In this document: positions 10,301 through 19,239 of the stretch, one piece after another
Position numbering within the stretch: position 1 is the stretch's first letter
Layout of the letters: each line of letters begins with the position of its first letter
Assembly: GCA_003707115.1 (NCBI GenBank)
Contig: PPNB01000002.1
Location: forward strand, 62,001-126,000
From: Tortispora ganteri
Lineage: Eukaryota
Direction: 5' to 3'
DNA length: 64,000 bases
Notes under the pieces: model-generated
What the model was told of the DNA's origin: nothing
Seen by the model: only the letters and a program-made list of their open reading frames with translations
The model's database searches: none
Position numbers and translations under genes: made by a program

Positions 10301-13300
10301 CTTTGTCTTCTGAAAGTTCCATTAACCTATTTTCTCGGCGATTAATAACTCCTTTGCTATCTTCAGATAATTTAAAGCTCAAATCACTGACAAAAAATGA
10401 TGTTGACTCAGCGAAATGCGTTAATGCAAACCGGTATAACGTTTCTGTATTTTCTTCAGCCCAACTTAATAGTATATCATCACTGAGTGTATTCAATTTG
10501 GATACATCCCATTTAATAGGTGTCTCAGCGGACAAGAATAGAGCGGAAAACTCGTTTTTACGAGAAAGACAGATATCTTTCCACAATTTGAGGAACAATA
10601 CCTTGACTTCAAGCTCCGAGTGTAGAATTCGTTCTGAAATAAGCAACACGAGACATTTGGAGAACGTAGTTTTAGAAGATTTCGACTCTATTACTGATAT
10701 CAATTCGGATACCAGAGCAATACAAGGTTCCATCTGATCTTTGTGGAGATATTCACTGTCGTTCAAGAAAGAAAGAATAGATAGCTGTATACAGGAATCA
10801 AGCAATTCGCTTGAAGATCGGGAGAATTTTGATCTGTGGCTTTCCTTATTAGCTGTCGAATTTCGTAAAGAAATTAAGACTTCGCAGTACCTCAAAAAAT
10901 CACCATATCCATCATCGTAACGAGCATCGTCACGATAAGCAGAAATTCGATTAAGCAGACTAGTAGAATTCGAAGCATACTTAAGTCCTGAAGCATTTGA
11001 GAGTGACTTTATTCGCCTAGGAATTTCACGAAGGAGAAGGCGGTGAAGACAAATTCGTAAAAATTGAATATGATGGGAATTTCCTTCAGGTAGGTATAGT
11101 GATAGATCGTAACCAATCATATCGTTACTAGACAATGCATTATCACAAACAATATCAACCCAAAGTTGAGCATACTCGTCTAGCACGTTGCAGAGCTGTT
11201 CGGGTTTCAGATCTGAGTTGCGCTTCAATCTAAGACTTTCATGAAAAGGAGATTCAGGAGCTTTCTCAATGAACGGAATCTCAGGGTTTAAGTGTGAAAC
11301 AAAACCAAAGGAATCAGTTTTAACACTTGGTTGGAACTCTATGACTGTGGATGTAAATTCAAAATCTTCCATTCCATGAAACAGAGCACTATACAAAGTA
11401 GAAAGTATTTGGCGCTGAACTTCATCTGCATAAAATGCTGACTTGATATATGAGTGCTTCTTTCTTAATTTTCGTATCAAAGAGACAAAAGAAGACAATA
11501 ATGTTAAATTAGTAAGATATTCCTGCTTATTGGTCATAGTTTCAGAAAGGCGAGTAATACCACTGTCAAACATGGCAAATATCACAGGAATCATTTCTAA
11601 ATATACCGGAGATAAAGATTTCCTCGCTAGAAGTTGATCAGTGACATAGGAAACATCTGTAGCCATATAATCAGGGAAATCAATATTAATGCCAAAAAGA
11701 ATGAATAAGCACATACTCCATACAACCGGGTCAAAAGACCACTGAGTCAGCGCATATCTCATAACAGAAAATCCACAACTTTTAGTAGAGAAACTGAGGT
11801 AGTAAGTTCGTCCATGTGTCATCAATAATCGAGAAATTAGTTTCAGGCCTTGAATAACTACCTGTGAATTTGATTCTGTCAGCAAATAAAGAGACCATTT
11901 TGTAGAGATAGTTTTTGCAAACTTTTTCAAAATCTTAGTGGCACTTTTGTCGCATAGAATGTCCACAAAAACACCTAACAGATTTAAAGCAATCTCCGAT
12001 GGGCAGAGCAATGATGCACAGTTATCATTGATTGATATAGTGGGTATTAGTACTGTCGCAGCAGCTTTTTCCTTGGTAAGCTCTTCTTTCCGGAATGAAT
12101 AAACTATAAACATGGAAACAGATCGCATGGTATCGGTATTCATGCAGGTCATCAAAAAGGATCTAAAAGGACGTATGAAAAGTAGTAAACTCGACTTAGA
12201 AAGAGCATCTGTTTTTAAAAACTGCAATAAACACCTAATAATTCGCATGCCTTTCAGTCTTTGTATATTGTAATGCCGAAAGTTACTTGTGTCATTGAAG
12301 GTAACAAACTGCTTAAAATATAATGCAAGAACATCCGGCTCTGCATATTTCCACAAATCATACTTTAGCAAGAACACTCTGTAGGCTAGTGGGTTCCAGA
12401 TAACTGATTCCTTCTCATTGTAAAAGTTATATCCTATAAACTGCAAGATTGTCTGCAGAATATCCAGATTGATAAGCCCCTCTTGTGCCTTTTTAGATAA
12501 AACATGAGCTAACAGAGAGAACCCTTTACATTTTTCCATTTCTTCGCTATTTCTCCAGTTGTGTCGCAATGATTCAAACATGATAGATAATGAAAGGTTC
12601 AGGTCTTCAGGAGTGGTGGAGTCTTCGGCCATCACAATTGCCAGGTCTAGGCCTCCTAAGCTCCAAAGTATTTCGTCAAGTGGTCGGCACATAGAAGGAA
12701 AAACGGAACCAGAGGTATTCCATTGTGTGAGTGTGGATTTAGGGGCGACCCTAAATAGATTGTAATATTGAGAGTAGCGTGAGTAAAGGGTCCCAGGTAT
12801 ATCGGGCGAATCAGATCTAGCAAGTACCGAGCACCAATACACAGTGGAGTTTAAATTTGACCATATGGATGTCTCTGAAAAAAAAGACGATCCCCGGTTC
12901 TTGACCACTGAAATGAGTTCGTTAGACGTATCGTCTTTCCCGGCATATGCTTCATCGTTGCGGAGATTCAATGAAGCAGATGCTTTGTATGTCAAATAAA
13001 GACCTAGGACATCCTGAAAGTTTCCAGTGTAACGGGGTCCAAGTTGGTACTGTACAAATGCAAGTTCGCTAGATAGAGCATTCTCTATGACAAAAGCAGA
13101 GGCAATAGACCATTTTAGGCGAAGAACCGAGCGAAACAATTCAGCGTCGTCTGGTTTTCCCACGCCGTACACCACGCTTAATGGCAGGCAAGACGCGCTA
13201 ACTACTGGATAAGCACACCGAACAGAATCCACTAGTATACCATTGACGTAAAGTGAAAGCTTTGAAGAGAGTCGCTTACGTTTGTGAACTATCACTATGT

Positions 13301-14453
13301 GGTACCAGATATTCACATCAAAAACGTAAGATTTAAAAGTGGTTGAGGCAAGTGGGGATGAGAGATCAGGGGTACAGACGGAGAAATTGATGCAATGCGA
13401 TTGTGAGCCCAATGAGACGGATATCACTGGCGTGCCTTTTGCATTATATATCGTTTGTAGCGGCAGATCAACAGCATTGTCAAATGAATGGAAAGTTACC
13501 CAATAGCATAATGAGTAACCCTTAGCTTGAAAAGGTGATGAATCTAATGAATGCAGTGTGAGGGAGGAGTAGCCTTTATCCCATGTATCAAAGTACAGTG
13601 ATTTCGGCTGAGAGGAGGATTTAATCAAATCAAGAAGCAGGCGAGAACAAATAGAAGAAGAATAGGCCGCTCGTACCAGTTTTATAGATGCCTCAAAATC
13701 GTTGAGCCCAAGTTGGCCTAGGGCTAATATTAGTGAGCGATATAGAGGAGCGATTTTCATTTCTGGTGCGTCTATGAATCTGGACAGAGCGCTCGAAACT
13801 AAGCGAGTGGATTCCAGTTGGATGATATTCTTCGAAGATGAAACGGTAAGTTGAATGAGACATTGTAAAGTTATTTCCAAGATCGAATCAGAAGAGCTCG
13901 AGCTGTGTGAGAGATCAAAGAGCAAAGGGATGAGACTAGGCTGAAAGACGGATTCGTTACTTAAGTGCTTGAAGACGAGGTCTTGAATCATAACAGAGAT
14001 ATCTTCGGAAGAAATAAGTTCTATATGTCGTAAGCAAGAAACGTAGAAAGATGTGACAGAGTATTGGTTTATAGTGAAAGCTAAGAGGATTCCTAGCAGT
14101 TGAGGTAAAGCGACAGTACTCAGATCAGTGCTTAGGATGGTTGATTCAATGACACTCCAACCAATATGAGAATCTATATACCGGTAATTTTCAAAACAAA
14201 AAATAAGAGAAGATCCAATTATTGATAAACATAATTTTAAAAGTTCACATGCTTCTTCAATTGAGGTCGAATTTGGATGGCAAGTACATATCAATTCAAT
14301 TACTCTCTCGAAGCCACTATTATCCCTGAACTCATCTTTCAAAGATTCTGGGCCTTCAACTAGTAATCTCTGTAATGCATATAAGTTGGTCAAATTCTCA
14401 ACAAAATCCTTTCCTGGACCGAGGCCCATTATAGCTTCTTTGACGGTGGCCAT
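7338..14453 (-). CDS. BPH1: BEACH-domain protein (ConA-like, PH-BEACH, WD40), Bph1 family
   Basis: 2371-aa ORF with BEACH signatures [57 protein letters not shown] and NFGQTP, followed by WD40 repeats. Confidence 0.95.
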   Translation of the reverse strand: [2371 protein letters not shown]

Positions 14454-14630
14454 TGAGCGGTATTATAGGCTAGTGCAAGTGTAAGGTTGATTAAGTGGGA
14501 GTATTGCGAGATACGCGATCTGCTTGGCTATGGCCAATCAGGTATACTTGTTTTACGTAGTCTAAGCAGGACAAATCAGAGGATGTTATATCGCAAAGCA
14601 AATATCGATCGTAATTTTTTTTTTAAGACA

Positions 14631-15731
14631 TCATAACGGTGCTGCTATTCGTGGATACCTGTACTGCTGCAACACCTTTACTGCATCATCTAGCGCTTCA
14701 GTATTGTATGTCAAACTCTCTTTAGATTTCTCTTCCTCAAACGCATTCTGGACTGCATCAATAATTGCCGTAGGAATAATAAGAGCCTCACGTGTAGATA
14801 TATGACTAATTGTGTAACGTGGTTTTGCAGCATCAGCATGCATAGCTTGGGGATCAGATCCCTCAACATGGTCATATTCCATCCTCCTCGATTTAGATGT
14901 TACATGTTGTCGTTCAGTTTCCCATTTCCGTTCCTTACGTTCAGCTATCTCGTAAGCACGCAAAAATGACTGTGGCGGTTTGCCGTATATCATCTCATAT
15001 TGGCAGAAGTCGCACACCCAAAGATCAGTCAAGTCAGGAGGCGGTCGCCTGCTTTTATATCTAGTTCTTGTTTGTATAACTGGTATATCAGATTCTATGC
15101 TAGAGATACGTTCCATTGATTCAGTATCCTTCTCAGAGTGTTTCATGTCGGTATCATAGGTGGCTTCTTCATTGCTAGGAAACTTGATATGGTCCTCCTT
15201 CCAATAGTTGGCTGCTTTGGCTCTCAGTTCCTCAGTATCGCCACGCACAGCATGTATCGATGCTAGATATGCAGAATAGGCAAATGCTGCAGAAACAGAA
15301 TTCTTTTTACTTTTATCTTTGTTAATCTCCTCGGAAAATACAGCGGCAAGTGTCTGTAAAGTTTCAGGCATTTCAGCTGGCTTTAGACTCTTGCCTGTTA
15401 ATGCCCTAAGCTTAGCTAAGTTCTCAGGAAACGTTTTCTTTTGTATCGACTTATTATATGCAGTGTTATGATTTTCTGTTATCTGTTCAGAGGTACCATT
15501 TGATGGCGCATTAGACACTGACTGGCTGCTAATATGATTAAAAAACTTATTAGAACGATCCGGCACTACAATATCATGCCCTTCTATTGTGCCAAAAACA
15601 TTTGCAACAGCATCTCGTTCAAGTTGTGCATGTAATTCAACTTCTGTTTCAATGATAGGTTGTGCTCGATTCTGAACGTATTTCGTCTTTGAACGTTGGT
15701 GGGCCCCTGTAGAAACCTTTTTCTTACCCAT
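14631..15731 (-). CDS. Hypothetical protein with CxxC motif (WVCDFCQYEMIYGKPP), possibly Ibd2-related
   Basis: 366-aa ATG ORF filling the gap between neighbours. The CxFCxYxxIYGxPP motif resembles a conserved fungal motif, recalled from memory only. Confidence 0.6.
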   Translation of the reverse strand: MGKKKVSTGAHQRSKTKYVQNRAQPIIETEVELHAQLERDAVANVFGTIEGHDIVVPDRSNKFFNHISSQSVSNAPSNGTSEQITENHNTAYNKSIQKKTFPENLAKLRALTGKSLKPAEMPETLQTLAAVFSEEINKDKSKKNSVSAAFAYSAYLASIHAVRGDTEELRAKAANYWKEDHIKFPSNEEATYDTDMKHSEKDTESMERISSIESDIPVIQTRTRYKSRRPPPDLTDLWVCDFCQYEMIYGKPPQSFLRAYEIAERKERKWETERQHVTSKSRRMEYDHVEGSDPQAMHADAAKPRYTISHISTREALIIPTAIIDAVQNAFEEEKSKESLTYNTEALDDAVKVLQQYRYPRIAAPL

Positions 15732-15975
15732 GATAAACGTATAAATACAGGTAGAGTAACTTAAATAATGTAGATAAGCTAAACTATTAATATTATCCGT
15801 TAAAGTCCCCTAAAATTGATGTCAAATTTTCACAGTTATGCAAGTTCTTGTTCTATAAGCTGAAAAGTGCGCGGTGTAAAGTTTGGTTAAATTGGATTCG
15901 CATGCGTACCCCCACCAGCACCATATAATGCATTAGTTCTTCCACTGATGCTCGATCGCAATAAGTGTAGTGCAA

Positions 15976-17343
15976 TCACTCTAATTTTACACCACCATGC
16001 CTGTTCATCCGTTTTTTGTAACATATACCATTCCGGTATGTGTATGCCTTGTAGTTAGCACTATTCCAGGCTATTATGGCTATCGCTAGCAACATAATGA
16101 TCTTCCAATGACCCCCTTTAAACCACACAAATTCGTGCAGAGCGACCCGGGGTTCCTGATTATGTTTGCTCTCTTCACTGTACCAGTTCAATCCGTTATC
16201 ACTTCCTCGTCTTGGTCTCATAATGTCAATGACATTGATTATTTCAGATTCGTGATCTGTTGAAACCGTCATATTCTCGTCCCTGTCATCATTATCAATC
16301 TCTTCGTTTTTATCTTGATCGTCTTCTCTCATTGAGCTGTTCGACTCTGAAATCATGTCCAAGGACTCAAGTGTTTTAATGTGCTTACCCAGTCTTTCCT
16401 TAGTCTGCTCTAATTCATCTATGTATTCCCATTGCTTCAATATGCTGGCTTGCAAACTGTCGCAATGCACCGAATACTTCCCCTTATCTTCTTTGAGCTT
16501 AGAAACCTGATCACTCAATTCCATTACTTCTCTCTCTTTATTCTGTAGCTCTGAAGTCATCTCTGCTAGCATGCCCTCTAAACTATTGACCTTGTCCTTC
16601 ATCGAACTGTTTTCTTTCGTAGTGGCGCTATGCTTTACCCTTAGCTCTTCTAATTCATCCTCACATTGAGCTAGCTTTTCTTCTGTTTCAAGGATCATTA
16701 TGTTCATCTGATTCTCTCGTCGTCTTATAGATTCTTCCGATGATGTGCTCGTATTAGGAGAGAATATGTTTTTATTCACTGCATCAGGTGCTATGTGACT
16801 TGAATAAGACTGATCTTGGCTAGGGGTCGAACTCTGTGTACTATCATACACAATTTCGCATTGCTGCTGATATTTGAATAAGCTTGTCCTATCTTTTGTT
16901 GGTGATTCAGGTGTGCTTATGCTGCTCCAATTTGCAGTAGTATTGCTTGGACTGGCCGTGACGTGTTTAGCTTCTCGATCAACAGGTGTGCTTGCTTGCA
17001 TCGGAATATCTGCTCGCTCTAAATATCTAATTAGACTAAGACAAACACTTTCAATCTTTGCAAGCGTTTGTTTCGGAATCTGCATGAATTCCGAACTGTA
17101 ATCATGAAAAAATTCGTTGTACAATTGAACCACCCTTGACGACAATTGATCGCTAGTCAAAAATATAGAATCTTCCGAAAACTGCATAAGTATATCAAGA
17201 TTATCTAATGCTATAAGACAATTATCACCTTGACAATCATCCAAAAATGGTGCACGATCTATGATATTTACTAGTAGCTCTAGTAACGCTTTGATTTCCA
17301 TAAGCTGTCCATCTTGATCTGTTGATGAAGTTGACATTGACAT
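15976..17343 (-). CDS. Hypothetical coiled-coil protein with a single C-terminal transmembrane segment
   Basis: 455-aa ORF; heptad-rich E/K/L region (about aa 205-330); hydrophobic stretch WKIIMLLAIAIIAW about 30 aa from the C-terminus. Confidence 0.7.
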   Translation of the reverse strand: MSMSTSSTDQDGQLMEIKALLELLVNIIDRAPFLDDCQGDNCLIALDNLDILMQFSEDSIFLTSDQLSSRVVQLYNEFFHDYSSEFMQIPKQTLAKIESVCLSLIRYLERADIPMQASTPVDREAKHVTASPSNTTANWSSISTPESPTKDRTSLFKYQQQCEIVYDSTQSSTPSQDQSYSSHIAPDAVNKNIFSPNTSTSSEESIRRRENQMNIMILETEEKLAQCEDELEELRVKHSATTKENSSMKDKVNSLEGMLAEMTSELQNKEREVMELSDQVSKLKEDKGKYSVHCDSLQASILKQWEYIDELEQTKERLGKHIKTLESLDMISESNSSMREDDQDKNEEIDNDDRDENMTVSTDHESEIINVIDIMRPRRGSDNGLNWYSEESKHNQEPRVALHEFVWFKGGHWKIIMLLAIAIIAWNSANYKAYTYRNGICYKKRMNRHGGVKLE

Positions 17344-17624
17344 GTGTATGCCTAAACGATATCATGAAACCTGATCGTTGTTACCTATTCCTTTTAAATG
17401 TGCGCTACCTTATATAATTTTTTTTTAAAGTGGCTACGATCCCGTTAAAGAAAACTCTTAGTGTTTCACTGATCTTCTTTGAATGCGATCGCGGGTCTTT
17501 TTATCATTCAAGGGTTCTCTTTCTATCTATCCCAAACACTTAACATAAAGGTAAAAGTGAAGCGTAAAGACCTCGATTTCCCAATTACTGACCAATCACG
17601 AGCGTTCTCCCATTTGTTTAAAAT

Positions 17625-17649
17625 TTGCCTATTTAGGTAATTGGTTTAC
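17625..17649. promoter_or_regulatory. Putative Mcm1 (CArG) site with adjacent forkhead-like site
   Basis: TTGCCTATTTAGGTAA at 17625-17640 contains perfect CC(A/T)6GG. It is followed by TTGGTTTAC (reverse complement GTAAACCAA) and preceded by TTTGTTTA. Confidence 0.5.
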
Positions 17650-17790
17650 TACCTTCGCCATCTGATCGTTGTTGACCTATTTCGGATCTGCCAATATACA
17701 ACTATCTTATTCCGCCTAATTCTTCGCTTTTTATTCTCAAATTAACCAGTATAATTTTACTGTCTTATCATTATTTTTTTGGAGTTATAT

Positions 17791-18876
17791 ATGCCGTTAA
17801 ATTGTGTGCGCGAAAAGAGAGCATTCGAAGAGTGTTTCGAAGCTGACAACGATTACAACTACAACAACAATAACGGAAACGTCAATAGCAACGGCAATCT
17901 TTCAAACAACATCAATGACGTTATTTCATATACTTTTTTGGCATCAAAAAGGGTTAAAATGACTTCTAATTATCGGACTGATTCAAATAGCAGTCATAGC
18001 AGCAATGATGATAAGTCAACTCTCGTTGAATCTGATCTTTCTCGATCGATCTCTTCGTCAAATTTATACTCTCACAACTTTCACAACACAGAGCCATTAA
18101 AGCCTTCTAATAGAGTTGATTCTAATATTATGCATTCAATGAAACTTCAAAAATCTCTATCTTCTATGCATTCTGTTGAGCAGCTCAAAAAATCCATAAA
18201 GCAAAGAAAAAGTAAGCGCAATTTATCGCATCGGAAGTCTCGTCTCGACTTAATTGATAATCAGCACCTTACTTCCTTTCCTTCAATAGTCGCTACTCCT
18301 GAAAATGAGCCAAGAGAAATTGTGTTTGTGGAGGACTACTTCTTTGCATCAAATGAGGAATTACATAAAGCTGATGAAACTTGTAAGTCTATAAAAGAAC
18401 GTCAATCGAGACAATCTCTAAGAGAAGTATTTTTGAATGATACTAAGAGTTTTGGCAATGTTGACTCAATGCAGTTTGACCCTATACCAGAATTGTTTGA
18501 TTCGCAGTCTACCGATCAGTACACTCTATGCTCAAATGAAATTCTTCAAACTTGTATATCTTGTCATCGCGATCTTTCTGAAGTTATAGACGAGTTCGTC
18601 ACTGAAACTGGTTTTAAGGAGCTCGTGTGCCAAAGCTGCGCTGCCGTTTATACTCCTGACCCATTTGAACACTGGGACGATCAAGATCTATTGGAACGAA
18701 GAAGCAAAGCTGAAACCTACCTCAAATGGATCGACGCATCCACTAATGTAAAGTCGCCAGGTGTTACACAACCATCTGCTGAGTGGGTTCAAGACTTGAA
18801 AAGGAGGTTTCGATGGCGATGGCGCGTTTCCGGGCTTGTCCCACGAAAGATTTGCAAGAATGCAAATCGTTCTTAA
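17791..18876 (+). CDS. Hypothetical protein with Asn/Ser-rich N-half, CxxC...CxxC motif and basic/Trp C-terminus
   Basis: ATG at 17791 (track start 17779 is TTG). CISC-x18-CQSC and C-terminal WVQDLKRRFRWRWRVSGLVP. Confidence 0.7.
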   Translation: MPLNCVREKRAFEECFEADNDYNYNNNNGNVNSNGNLSNNINDVISYTFLASKRVKMTSNYRTDSNSSHSSNDDKSTLVESDLSRSISSSNLYSHNFHNTEPLKPSNRVDSNIMHSMKLQKSLSSMHSVEQLKKSIKQRKSKRNLSHRKSRLDLIDNQHLTSFPSIVATPENEPREIVFVEDYFFASNEELHKADETCKSIKERQSRQSLREVFLNDTKSFGNVDSMQFDPIPELFDSQSTDQYTLCSNEILQTCISCHRDLSEVIDEFVTETGFKELVCQSCAAVYTPDPFEHWDDQDLLERRSKAETYLKWIDASTNVKSPGVTQPSAEWVQDLKRRFRWRWRVSGLVPRKICKNANRS

Positions 18877-19239
18877 TAATATCTGATTGTTATTCAGTCA
18901 GTTTATTCATTTCTTTACTTGTTAAGTTCCACCCTTTTTCACTGCATTCAAGCATTTCTTCTATCAAAGTATTTTACTAATGACAATACATGCTACTTCT
19001 TTTCGCTATAAATTTAAGCGCAAATATCAACACATAAAAATAATTCATACAATTTCAGTAACAGCTAGGTTAAATGTACGTTAGAGAATAAGGCACGCAA
19101 CCATAAAAGACCTAAGGACCACCACCGAAATATAGCCCAAAATTTCATAAACAGACAAGCAGAACAGCTTCAAAATAAACCTAATGAGAAGGGTGCAGAA
19201 TAATGGAGTCTTCAAAAAAGCCGTAAAGGAATACAAACC

